Notes under the pieces: generated by a model
Told to the model about the DNA's origin: nothing
The model's input: the letters and a program-made list of their open reading frames with translations, nothing else
Database searches by the model: none
Program-made: the position numbers and the translations under genes
Assembly (NCBI RefSeq): GCF_009914755.1
Contig: NC_060925.1
DNA from: the human T2T-CHM13v2.0 reference genome, Homo sapiens
DNA: 64,000 nucleotides
Direction: 5' to 3' (one strand)
Shown: piece by piece, positions 13,581-26,554 of the stretch
Layout of the letters: each line of letters starts with the position of its first letter
Position numbering within the stretch: the first letter of the stretch is position 1

Positions 13581-14399
13581 AGAGAAAAAAAATCATAAGC
13601 CAAGTCAGGGAAGTGAAAAAGATCTTGTTGTATGTGGAGAACCGTCATGGAACAGGCCAGAACTGAGCACAGATCAGGTTGAATGGGTAGGATGAACTGT
13701 GACTCCAGAGGCATTGAAAGGGAAATGTTTGCATGGGGCGTGGTGGAACACAGAGAGCCCTCGGGAGGCCCGGGTAGCAGGGGGGCAGGATGAAGGGGGC
13801 ATTTCGTGTTGTGTGAGGGATGAGTAGCGTGGGGAGATGAGGCCAGAGGTTCCAGCCAGGAACTAGTGCAGTTCTCTAGTCTGTAGATAAGGCCTGAACA
13901 CAGCAGTTGGTTGTAGGATTCTGGAGAGACTGGAGCTTAGACCTGATTACATTATATATGCACTGTCTTTTCTCAGAGATGGGGAAACTAAGGCATGAAA
14001 ACATTAACTTTTATTTTGGAAAAATGCTAAACATAGAAGTAAGAGGGAGGCCTCCTGAGGCACTTTGCCAAACTTTATGCACAGCAACTATGACCTGCAA
14101 AATCTTTTTAGCCTGGGCTCCCTCTCTTGACCTGAGACTCTTCCAGGGAGCCTGGTATCCACAAGAGTGGAAGCAGCTGGTCAGGGCCACGGAACTGGAG
14201 ATGCCCCATGGGACAGAAGGCCTGGGGCTCTGGCAAAGTGTCTTGTAAGTGTTCCTGTCATTTCCCTCCACGTAAACCAAGTCAGGCTTGCAAATCAGCA
14301 GCCTTTCAGGTCCTTTCTCTCCTTCTGGAAGCTCTTGCATGTTGCAACCCCCTACCCACCCCGCCACCTCCCATCACAGATAAAGATTTTGTACCATCA

Positions 14400-15600
14400 G
14401 CCTGCAAGTGAGTTGGATGAATGCCATCTGAAAGGCTTTGTTCGTTTGCACACGAGGTCGTGAATAGCTGGCAACAAAGAGGATTGAGCCTTGGACCTAG
14501 TGTGAGCAGTGCCCCAGCCCCCATGCCGCTTTGGATTTCAGTGGCCTCTGCAGCAATTTATTATTCTTACATCAGATGTTTGAAGTAGGTGAAGGGGCAG
14601 GTGGCATGTGTCTGGTGAGGTTGCTGACACTGCTTTTGGATGAGAGAGAGAGTAGTGGTTGAAACAGAGCATTCAAAAAAGCGTACACTTTAACCTGTAA
14701 TCCGCAAACATTCCTTTGAGTTTACCCAGCCGTGGGAAAGGACGCTGTACCCCTGCCCTATTGGCTGCACCCTTTGCTGTTGATGTGAGGCTTTATTTAC
14801 CTGGGAATTGACAGGGTTTTGGTCAATGATTGCTCCTTTCTCCGCAATCACATTTAATGCCCATGATATCTCATCTTTGCACACGAAGGCAAAGCCTTCT
14901 ACTGCTTTTTCTCTTAAAGTGTTCAGCACTCCCCTGAGTTTATTAGAAGGATCAGAAGAAAGAGACCCTGAGTGTGAGGCTAGGTCAACCGGAGAAATTC
15001 ACCCAATTATTTCGTTTCTTTGTTTGGATCCCTGCTTTTCATTTCTACCTATTCTGAAAGAGAGGCTTAAAACTAAAGTCTGGTTAGTTGAGGATCAGAT
15101 GTGTCATACTTTTCTCAGAGGGGAGGGGACGGTCACTTTGCTCTAAGTTTGGGCCATGAGGTCCACACTGAGCCTACATGGGGTAGGGGGAAACCGTGAA
15201 GTGTGCAGTGACCTGAGGGTGCCAGATCACCCCGAGCCGTTGTGGTTCCCACTGGGCAGGCTGTACGTGGTGAAGGTGATAGACTGCATGTCTCATGCAG
15301 GCCAAGTGCCTGTCGGTCAGCTTGAGGGAGAAGATACCTTGTCTACCTCCCCCCACCTGCAGGCTGGCTGGCTTTGGGTGCAATGACCCTCCTCTTCCTT
15401 GAATCGCTGTTTCATTGTGGACCTGTTGGAAGTGCCAGCTTGGCTGGCCTTTGGCTGGATCCCTGTTTGCTAGAGCTTTGTTCCTACTCTGGAGGAGTCA
15501 GCTGCTGTGCCTTCTGGGACTGCCAAGAGTTGCCAAGGGGAGTGGGGAGTCCTCTCTGTGGGGTGTCGTCTGAATCCAGCAGCCGCACCACCCAGGTGCT
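14400..15600. promoter_or_regulatory. Probable hepatic enhancer of GALNT2 intron 1 (HDL-C/TG GWAS interval)
   Basis: No obvious repeat. C/EBP-like CTGCAGCAAT (14548-14557), forkhead-like GCAAACA (14704), DR1/HNF4-like TGTACCCCTGCCCT (14746-14759), ATTGG box (14760), HNF1-like GGTCAATGATTG (14821), twin TGCCAA (15521, 15531). Position relative to exon 2 fits recalled rs4846913/rs2144300/rs4846914. Confidence 0.7.
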
Positions 15601-16047
15601 TCCCTCCTCCCCACTCCTAGGCCAATGTCCTTAGTTTCTGCTCACTGATCAGACGATTATCCTTCTCCAGGATGACCACCATCATCTCATAGTCCTTCCT
15701 CACTCCCTTCCATGAAGTGCTTCTCCAACCCATTGTCTCTGTCATAGTGAAATGATTCTACTGTTAGTATCAAGATTTTCCACTAGTGCTAATAACAATC
15801 CCTGATGTTATCAAACATGTAGGATGGGCCAGGCATTGTACCAGGTGTCTACAGAAATCCTTTGTGCTGACTGTTGACCACTATCCCCATTCTGTAGGCG
15901 AGAGTGAGCCTTAGGAAGGGCGTTGGACGTGGCCAGGATCACACACCATGCCTTGCACTCACCTCTGATCTCTGAGGGCCAGGGCCTCCCTGTATACAAT
16001 GATCTCTGCATCTCTTCTTCCTAGCAGAAGACTCAAAAGAACTTTCA

Positions 16048-16310
<263 letters not shown>

Positions 16311-16659
16311 AAACTTTCAGATGAATAAATTGGTTCTATCAGAGATGGCTCTTAAAGCTCAAAAGCTGTTTTAAAAAGCCCTGTGGATGCGCAGGCTCTC
16401 TTAGACCCTTTTTCTGTGTTACAGAAGGGGATATAATACCCCAAATAGGGTTTTTTTTGGTACAAACTGTGGATAGTACTAGATTTTGCTCCATACAGAG
16501 TCCTGTTGACTGAACTGCCCTTTCATGTTGTGTCTCCAGTGTTTTTATGGGCAACAGCCATATACAGTCTACTTCCTATCTATTGTGAAGTTGTTGTTGA
16601 GGATTTCCTGTATTATTTCACTCTGCATTCATGTCTCAGTTACCTTTGATCCCTAGCAA

Positions 16660-17086
16660 ACTGTCCCAAGTGGAATGGCCTAACCCAGGAATGATGTATT
16701 ATTTCTTACAGTCCTGTGACTGTCTGGGCGGTCCTTTTGCTAACTTCCCCAGGGCTCACGTGTGCCTTGTGGTCAAGTGATAGCAGCGTTGGCTGGCTGG
16801 TCCAAGGTGGCGTCACGTGTCCTATAGTATTTGCTAGCTATTGTCTGGGGCTCCTCAACTCTCCACATGCCCCAGTAGCATAGACCAGCTTCCTTACACC
16901 ATGGTGGTCTCAGGGCAGCATTCTAAGAGGGCATGTCCAATGTGCAGGTGTGTATTAAGCCCCTCCTTGCCTCGTGGTTGCTGGCATCCAATTGGCCAAA
17001 GCAAATCACATGGCCTAGTCCAGAGGCCGACTCCAGCTGTCTGTGCAGACGTGGCAAAGAAATATGGCCACTTCCAATCCACTGCA
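16660..17086 (-). mobile_element. Old MLT1-type MaLR LTR
   Basis: ...ttggccaaagcaaatcacatggcc... and ...gcttccttacaccatggtggtctcagg..., characteristic of reversed old MLT1 LTRs. Confidence 0.65.
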
Positions 17087-17184
17087 GTCCAGTCCCCAAA
17101 ATCCATTCTTTTCATGGCACATTTTGGAATCTAGCAGCTGAATTTCAGTCTCTCTTAAGATACTCATGACTTTATTTGGATGGT

Positions 17185-17395
17185 GAGCATATGGTTGGTT
17201 GGAGCACAGGCTTCAAAGTCCAGCCTGAATTGAGATTCTGACTTGCTCTCTGACCATTGTGCCTTTGGCGGGTGACTCACATCCATTTCTTCATCTGTGA
17301 AATGGATATGATGATACTTGCCTTCCTGAGATTGTTGTGAAGTTAATTGAGACTATACATGAAGTCTCTGGGCCATAACTGATCTCATTACACCT
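17185..17395 (+). mobile_element. MIR
   Basis: Core ttcttcatctgtgaaatgg...gattgttgtgaagttaa. Confidence 0.7.
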
Positions 17396-18005
17396 TAATT
17401 CTTGTTTCTATTACTTATTTTACTTCTGTCTCTGGGAAGTTCAGAGTTTAAAAATTCAACTTGACCACAGCATCTTTACTTGGTCATTTCTGCAACCACC
17501 ATGTTCCATTTCTTTTGTGTTTCTATTTAGATCTTTTGTTTTAAGCTACCCAATCCTTTTTGGAATAATATGGGGTATTATTAAAGTAAGACTAACCAGC
17601 AAAATTCTGTAAAAATTAAAAAAAAAATCTTGGCGCTTCCAGTTCATTGGTTTTGCTGGTAAGATTCAGGATTATAGTACTGTTGAACAAGCTTGTATAG
17701 ACGTGAATGAGTTTCCACATTCTTATAGATTTGACTCAAGTGATCTTTGCAGATTTTCACAAGCACTGAAGACTAACCAGCCTTCCTTTAAGTCTCCCAG
17801 CACTTAATTCATCTGGTCCAACACATGCCGGGTTCTTCAGGGTGTTAGGATGAAGCTCCTGTATCTGATCACCTACCATATTCCACACATTTTCCATACA
17901 CTCTTTCTCATCCTCTGAGAATTTAGCATTCCGGGTGATGCTACTAAGATGGATGAATAATTTATAAAGTTTTAGAATTCTAAATATAGTTCTTTCTAGT
18001 TTCCC

Positions 18006-18664
18006 TTAGGGTTCAGAAAACAATATCCCAAAATGAAGGCCTCAGAAGCAAAAGTTTTTCACTTTCTCCTGCCCTCCAGCTGCCAGTCTCCTTCTCCCCA
18101 AGGCTGCCCTTAGAAGCTAGAATCCCTCCATAGAAGCTAGAATCCCTCTTCCCTAAAACAGGTCCTAGGAACCAGAACTTGCTTTCCCCAAAGCCAGCCA
18201 TCAACCCTGAAAATGCAGCTCTAACTTTCCCTCTGCCTTGCTATGTAAATACTGTTTATAAAAACAGTATGTGACTTAACTGTTTGACTGTAGGTCATAA
18301 GACCCACCCCTCCACTCCATTCCAGAGAGGGTCTTGCCCCAACCCAGAATGAAGGAATGCTGCTCAGAGAGGCTGAGAAGAATCTAGATGGACAGGCCTT
18401 GCTGGGCTTCCCCACTCGGTCTGTTGGCATTGGAACCTACCATTTTTGTCCAGTCACATTTCCACATGACTGTCCATACTGTGTTGAACTTAAGCATGAG
18501 AATGGACAATTTCCCCTGTAACTTTGGGTCTTCATTCTGATGGCTCCTGTGTGTACACATTAAATCAATGTGTATGCCTTTTCTCTAATTAATCTGACTT
18601 TTTCGAGTTGAGTTTTCAGTGAACCTTCAGAGGGTGATGGGGAAAGTTCTCCTTGACCCCTGCA
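18006..18664 (+). mobile_element. MER39-like solo LTR (ERV1)
   Basis: tagggttcagaaaacaatatcccaaaatgaaggcctcagaagcaaaag...gaaccttcagaggg...ccttgacccctgca; internal duplication tagaagctagaatccct. Confidence 0.78.
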
Positions 18665-18746
18665 TTTCTAAGTCAGTGGACACGTGAATCTTTGGCTTAC
18701 AGAAAGATAAGAATCAGCTAAACATGTTCTTTGAAACTCCGCATTA

Positions 18747-18775
18747 AAACAACAACAACAACAACAACAACAAAC
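18747..18775. repeat. (AAC)n microsatellite
   Basis: Directly visible. Confidence 0.92.
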
Positions 18776-19079
18776 TTTTGTCAAAGGAATTGTTAAATCC
18801 CCCAACCTTCATGTGCAGTGAGGTGAGATCCAGGCCCCACTTGGAACAAGTTCCATGGAGTGCGCACATCTTGTGGGCCACTGGCCACTCCTGAATTCCA
18901 TGGACTCCGTGGGGCTGAGGTGCAGTGGAAAGATGAGCAGTGACTGTTCCCAGTGCTGTTGCTCATCAGAGAGCATGGGATGAGGTCACTCCGGCGATCT
19001 CTCATGCTTTAGCGTTTCCAGCTGTATGAGGGAGGTGTGGTGTAACTTCTCAGGCGGTCGTGTGGCTCTGGGCTCAGTT

Positions 19080-19250
19080 TTTGTTGAGAGCCTTCTGTGT
19101 GTCAGACACTGCTAGCATCATCATGTATGTCCTTTTATTTAATTCCTCCACATCACAGTGGATAGAAAACATGGTTCCTATTGCTACGAGCTCCAGAGCA
19201 GGAATTTGAATTTGCCTTCGAAGCCCGAGCTGCTCACAGCAGCTCACTGT
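19080..19250 (-). mobile_element. MIR
   Basis: tttaattcctccacatc...cagagcaggaatttgaa. Confidence 0.55.
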
Positions 19251-20120
19251 CTTTTCAGCTTTCCCATCAGGATCAAATGAGACGAAGTGTGTGGAAAGGA
19301 GAAGCAACCTTTAAAAGTAGATCTTGGTAAAATTACGGTTTTCTGAAGTTGGACCAGGGAAGCTAAGAGGAAAGAGGGACAGTCCCCACTGACTGTCTTG
19401 GCTGCTGTGGGCCAGGCCTGTGCCAGTCACTTGGTGTCAGTGAGCTTATTGGATTTAGCTTTCCCAACCACATGGACACGGGGTCAGTCTGTCTGTCCCA
19501 GAACTGGCCGGGGGTGGTGGATGGAGCCTGGACTCTGGGCCAGTCACAGCCTGATGTGACACTGGATACACTGCCTGTTAGCTGTGTGCTCTTGACTTTG
19601 TTTTTTTTGGGAGGGTCTCAGTTTTGTCATCTTTTTTTTAATAAAAGGGGTATTAAATACCATACCTCAAAGATACTGTGAAGAACACATACGTAACTGC
19701 AATCGCACACGTGTAGCTCCTCTACAATGCCTGGCACTTGGAAAATCCCTGGTAAATGCCAGTTCTGTGAGGGTGGCATCACTGTTGCTGTTATTTCCAT
19801 GTTCTGGGTTGGGGGCAGAAGGGCCGTCGGGCCCATGGGGAAGTACCCAGTAGAGGCCGGTGCTTTGCTTTCTCTCCTTGTGTGTGTGATTGCCCGTACA
19901 TGCACTGTCAGCACCGGAGTTCCCTGTACACATTTACTGCTAACAGCGGTGATAAGCGCACAAGATCACTTTGGTGTTTGACCCGTTTCTTGGAGAAAGC
20001 AAAGATTCAGTAGGGAAAGTGATGTACATAGAGGAGATGAGCCTCTCAGCAGGCTTGGCGGACTGCATCCGATCATGTGATCTCTTTCTTGCCCAGGACA
20101 GCACGGTGCTCTCTGGGCCC

Positions 20121-20415
<295 letters not shown>

Positions 20416-22611
20416 TCTCAGCCCTTTTTCTAATTCCAAGGGAGAAGGGAGGCTACCTGAGATTCTACAGTAGTGCCTGGACCCCAAACCTTAAAAGCAG
20501 AGGTCAGCTCACACCTGTTTCTAGAAACAGCTTTTGTGTCCCCTGCCCCATAGGTTCCTGTAGTGGCTTTGGGCAGCATTTGGAACCACTGGCCAGATAA
20601 GATCCCTTAATGATGTGAAATACTGCATAAGGTCGAAGTTCCAACTTTAACATATCTGGGCTAAATTTTTAAAACTATTCAACAATTCATGAAGATAATT
20701 AAAGAACATGTGAAAGTCTGAGAAGGAGAGCCAACACTCATCATTCTCCACTCTTAACACAATCATTTTTATTCCAGTGCCTTTCATTCCAGGCTAATCC
20801 ATATGGATACAGATTTTTATATAGTTGTTTCATTGTGTACATAAAACTTTGTCTCCTGCTTTTTCATTTAACGTAAGCATTTTGCATGTGGCTCTGTGAT
20901 CTTTATAATTTTAATGGGCGCATAGTATTCTTTGAAGGGGCTGTTAACAGAAATTAACGTTGTATTGGTGAATGTTCTAAGTTTCTTCTGTTTTTTCTCT
21001 TATAAATAATGCTGCAGTATTTGTGCATAAGATTTATTCCTTATTTTAGGTTAGTTCACTGGGATAAATTTACAGAAGTGAGATTTCTTGGCTTAAAGAT
21101 TTTCAGTCGCTTTCTAGTTCTTGATGTTGGATGCCAAGCCAAGTTGCTTTCCGATAAGGTTTAATTTACACTGTGTCCTTTTGCTTTTAAAATAAGGTAG
21201 TGAGACATCTGCAGCCTGGTTGTGATGCCAAGTATTGAGATAGTATGGAGAATGTCCCAGCTGTTGAAGGCAGAGAATGGACTTACAAATGAGTGGCGCC
21301 AGAGGTAGGGGATCTCACAGCTTGTCCCTGGGTGGCACTGGTCAACCTGTCCCAGGGCAGCACTCGAGAGGGAGGGAGGCCCTCGGAGTAGCCAGAGCCC
21401 CTGGAGAGGGCTGGTAGATGCCCCACAGGGCTGGAGGTTTCTGTATGGAGTCCTGCTGTAGGTCACTCATATTAGGCATGATGTGAATGTGCTCCACTCA
21501 GCTACTGTGATCTGATTGAAATAACCTTTTAAGAAAAGAGCTTGCAACTGTGGAAAGACCACTGTTTTGGATCAGGTTGACATGGAGTCTGGGCTTTGAT
21601 GGGACTGTATGAACCACCTTAACCCCTGTGTTTACCTGTCTTTAAAGTGGTCTAATAAGCCATGACAGTGTCCTCTGCACAAATCCTTTGTGAAAGAACA
21701 ATTTGTAATTAATAAAAAAAAAAAAGACCTTTTGAAAAAAATAGATTAAGACAATCCTTATAGGGTTTTGGGGTAATAGTCACACAGCTAATAGCTGCTG
21801 AACCTTGAGCAAAGAAAATGTTAATGAGAAAATGTACATTTTAAATGAATAAAAAGAAACATACAGTCCCTATGTATTTCTTGTTTGTTAGGAACTTTTT
21901 CAGGCACTCCTCCCCGCAGCGTCACTCATGAGTTTCTTTTTCTTGGGTGCAGATAGCACACATTTTGCATGGTGTGCCTCACACGGTGTTTCTCATCTCT
22001 AGCTACTTTCACCATCTTTCTAAATATCCCACGTGGGTCATATCATTTTACCAACTTTGAAAGGATTTGTCAGGCCTTTTTCAAATGCCTGCTTTATCAG
22101 TCCTGAGGCTGCACAGCCTTGGCCTTGCCATGGAGAGATGGCAGCAGGACAGTGGACTCCGGGGATTCAGTGAGCACGCGGACATGTCTTGTCTCTGCCT
22201 TCTTGCTGTGACCAGTGGGTGTGATGTGCTGGTCTCTGCCATCTGCTGTCTCCCAGGGCAGCTTGGGAAAGCCTCTCCTTTCCCCCAACTTCCTTGCTTT
22301 CTTCCCTTTTCCCAAAATCCAGATCTAATTCTAATGGTACCCAAAGAGAAGTCAACTGAAGTGTGAGGTTTCTCCCTTTGAAGATAAGGGGTAATTGCTG
22401 TACAGAGAACCTCAGAATGGGGGAGAATTGCTGTAGTGGGGGAGTCATGAGGAGTAAAAGAGAGAACATGCTAGTGCTAGGCCTGGGGTGGATGTTGAAT
22501 AAGCATTAGTCCCTCTCACTCACACTTGGGTTGGCTGTACCTGGGCTGTACTGCCAAGAATTTCCAACTCTGTAATGATTTGTGATGAGATAAGTCAGGG
22601 GAGAAGCTTAA

Positions 22612-23033
<422 letters not shown>

Positions 23034-24269
23034 ATGGAGCCAGTTCTGACTCAGTGGTTACAGAGCAGGCCTAGGAAAGAACCAGTTGTATGGAAGTTAG
23101 GCCCTCATGGGAAGGATTTAACCAGGTGGTCATGGGAGATGGTGGCACCTACTGGTGACAAGGAGCATTGCACTTTAGTTCTGTGAGACCTGCTTGTGGG
23201 CTGAGGTGAAGTGGGGAGGAAAGCAGCCTTGCGGGGATATTGACATGGAGGTCAGGGAACTGCCGAGCGTGGAGGAGCGCCGTGGTGATGGGAGGAAGGG
23301 GCGGTGGAGCAGCACGGGTGTGAAATGTGCAGGGCTGCAGCCTGGCCGGCTGATGAGGCTGCCTCCTGCTGGCCTCCCTGCGGCTGCTCCACTGTGGCCC
23401 TTGGGCCCCGCTCATCACCAAGTGCTGCCTGAGGGCTTCACCTCTCTCCTCCCACCTTTTTTTCTTACCTATTGGCAATGATTATTTTTAAATTTTTAAA
23501 ATGCAATTGATTTTTACATAAATCAAATGGGAAATAATTTTCTAAAATACCCCCCCCCTTTTTTTTGTAAAGAGACATTTTCTAGTCCAGTGTGCAGAAA
23601 TTCTTCATTTTTCTAAAGTAAAAGAACCTGCTTCAGCTGTGGTTGGGAAACCCAGAACAAGAAGTGAGCTGCAGTTGAGAGAGGGCTTTGTGTGCCACCC
23701 CCTGACTGGGGAGGCGGTGGACTCGGAGCAAGTGTTAGAAAATGGAGCCATAAAAGACTCCTTAAAGTGTCGGGCGCTCAGCTAACTTAGGGCTAGAATT
23801 ATATATCATCTCTTAAAGGACCTGCTGTTCTTGCCTTCAGGAATGGGAAGTTATCACCAGGAGCTAAGAGCTGACCTGCTTCATAAACTCTTACTTAGAC
23901 CTAGGAATGAGGAAAAGCTGCATGCGAGTGGCATCCCTTGTGCTCGCTTTCTCTGGGCTAAAACGTTTAGGATGGTCTGGCAGCTCTTGAAGAGAGGATG
24001 GTGGCGTGGAATAGATTCCTCTGAGGCCTTGCCCCTCCTGTCCCCGGAGCTGAGCTGATTATTCTCATTGGAAGATTGGCTTTCGAGCATTTATCAAGAG
24101 ATTTGTACCTGAGTTTTCTTGAACGAAGAGGGAGGCAAGAGGGCTTAAAATTTCCATTAAAAATGAACAGGCACCCAGGAAATACATGATTGACGGATGT
24201 TGGCCCAGGAGTTTTCAGTGTAGTTGCTTTCCCTTTAGGTAAATAGGATTATGCGCACATTTTTGTAAT

Positions 24270-24710
24270 TTTTTACAATTTTATTTTTTTCTAGAACAGT
24301 TTTAGACTTACAGAAACATGGGGAACATTGTGCAGAAAGTTCCTATATATATCATACCAAGTTTCCCTGTTATTAAAATCTTACATCAGTATGATTCATT
24401 TATTGTAAAGAACCAGTATTGATATGTTATTAACTAAAGTTCTCTCTTTATTCAGATTTTTTACAACATCCCCTTGTGTTCTTTTTCTGTTTTAATATGT
24501 TATCCAGAATACCACATTCCAGTTAGTGATTATGTCTTCTTACTGTGACATTTTTTTAGACTTTCCTTTTTTGTTATGACCTTGACGGTTTTGAGGAGGC
24601 TTGGTCAGGGATTTTTTAGAATATTCCTCGTCTGGGGTTTGTTTGATGTTTTTTCTCATGATTAGATGAGAGTTATGGGTTTGGGAGAGGAAGACCACAG
24701 AAGTAAAATA
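24270..24710 (-). mobile_element. L1MC-like 3' end fragment
   Basis: ttttattttttctagaacagttttagacttacagaaa...gggagaggaagaccacagaagtaaa. Confidence 0.75.
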
Positions 24711-26149
24711 TGCATAAATTTGTAAACAAGTTGTTGAATGAGTTAATTATGGAGAGAAAGGGAAGTTTAGTACCCCTGAATAGTAACTGGAAGAGGAGTA
24801 AAGGCTGGACCCCCAGATTGGAAGAAGGCAAGTTTAATGTTCTTAATGATGGGACTTAATGTCTAACTTGTGTCATGCCTTATAGTTCAAAGGGGATGGG
24901 ATAGAGTGGTTCTTACATTTTCATGTTATATCTTGGGAAACTGAGGCTCAGAGAAGCAGCCTGAGTTGCCTAAGGTCATAGAGATAGACCAGGATTTACT
25001 GGATATGCCAGTGCATTTGCAAACTATTCCTAGTTGCATTTTCTATGCCCAGAGGTTCTAGACTCAACTGGCTGGGTCACCGATGGCCATTTCATCTGTG
25101 CGTAGCTATAGGGATTTAAATAGGAGGATTTTTGTTAAATGAAGACAATTGACCGACTGTGCGTGGAATCAATGTGCAGGATGATTCACCAGGCTTTCTG
25201 CCTGTTAGAGAAGTTAAATGGTTGAGAATTAATAATTATGCGATTGTAGTTCACGACTTCAGCACAAGTCATTGTTACAGTTCTCAAATGTTGAGCAGCC
25301 CCACGTTATTCCCCACCAGCGTGTTTTTCTCTGAGGTTACACAGTAAAATAAGTGAAGTGCTGACCTTTATCATAACATATTTTTTATTTGTGAGCAAGT
25401 GGAGTATGTATAAAGCAGTTTGTGACTTTGAATCCAAAATAGAAATTTGCCCTCCTCTCATTTTCGCAGCATTGAGTTTCATAAACTAAGTTGGAGCAGT
25501 GAAAGTGAAACTGGAAATGCATGGATGAAGCCAGTGGTTCTGAACACTGAGAACTGCCTGGGAGCTTCTAGAAAAACCCCCAAGGCTGGGTCCCATTCCC
25601 TAAAGTTGTAATTATATTGGCCAGGGCAGGAACAGGCCTTGGGAAATCCAAAACTTGGCCTTTCTGTCTTGTTCCTCACTCTGTACTCTACCCAGGTCTT
25701 CATTCTTAAACCTTTCATATCTTTTGATTCTTGCCTAAGTAGAGGTTTTGGGAGCTGTTGGGCTGGAGCTTTCAAAGCTTGCAGTAGGCTGATCTTACTT
25801 CTCTACCTATATTTTACCTGTTCTCCCTAGGTGATGAAACTAGGAGGGCCCATGGCTACTTCTGCTACATGGGGCACAAAACATGCTTCAGAAATATTTG
25901 AGAGACTGAATGAAGCCTGTCTCTGGTCTCTAGGGTATATTACGTTCCCTTTCTATTCTAATGATGAGTAGGAGGAAAGATACCACTCTTTCTTGTAAAC
26001 CAAACTGTTCTTGCTTTCAATGGGGATTTTTATTAAGAAGCAAAAACTGATCTCTTTTATAAATGCATAGATACCAGTGTTTTACACAGTACAGGCTTCT
26101 GGTTTTAAGAGAACTTTTGCCATGGTTCAGAGTGATCTTACTAGCCTAG

Positions 26150-26554
26150 TATATTGGTTTGTTTTACATTGCTATAAAGGAATACCTGAGACTGGGTAAT
26201 TTAGAAAGAAAAAAGGTTTATTTGGCTCACGGTTCTGTAGGCTGTACAAGAAACATGGCAACAGAATCTGCTTCTGGTGAGGACTTCAGGAAACTTTTCA
26301 TCATGGTAGAAGGTGAAGGGGAGCAGGTGTGTCACATGGCAAGAGAGTGAGCAAGAGAGAGAGGGGAGGAGGTGCCAGGTTCTTTTAAACAATCAAATCT
26401 GTGTGAACTCTTTCCTTTACCATGGGGAGAGCACAAAGCCATGCATGAGGGATCCACCCCCATGACGCAAACACCCCCACCAGGCCTCACCTCCAACATT
26501 GGGGATCACATTTCAACATCAGATTTGGAGGAGACAGCTATCCAGATGAAATCA
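26150..26554 (-). mobile_element. MST (MSTA-like) MaLR solo LTR with 5-bp TSD
   Basis: ttgctataaaggaatacctgagactgggtaattta...cctccaacattggggatcacatttcaacat; TSD CCTAG at 26145-26149 and 26555-26559. Confidence 0.9.

Noticed and set aside
21705-21730. AATAAA followed by an A-run as an intronic poly(A) site or retrocopy tail
   Set aside because: Genomic A-tract with no retrocopy body or TSD; would be an oligo-dT priming artefact.
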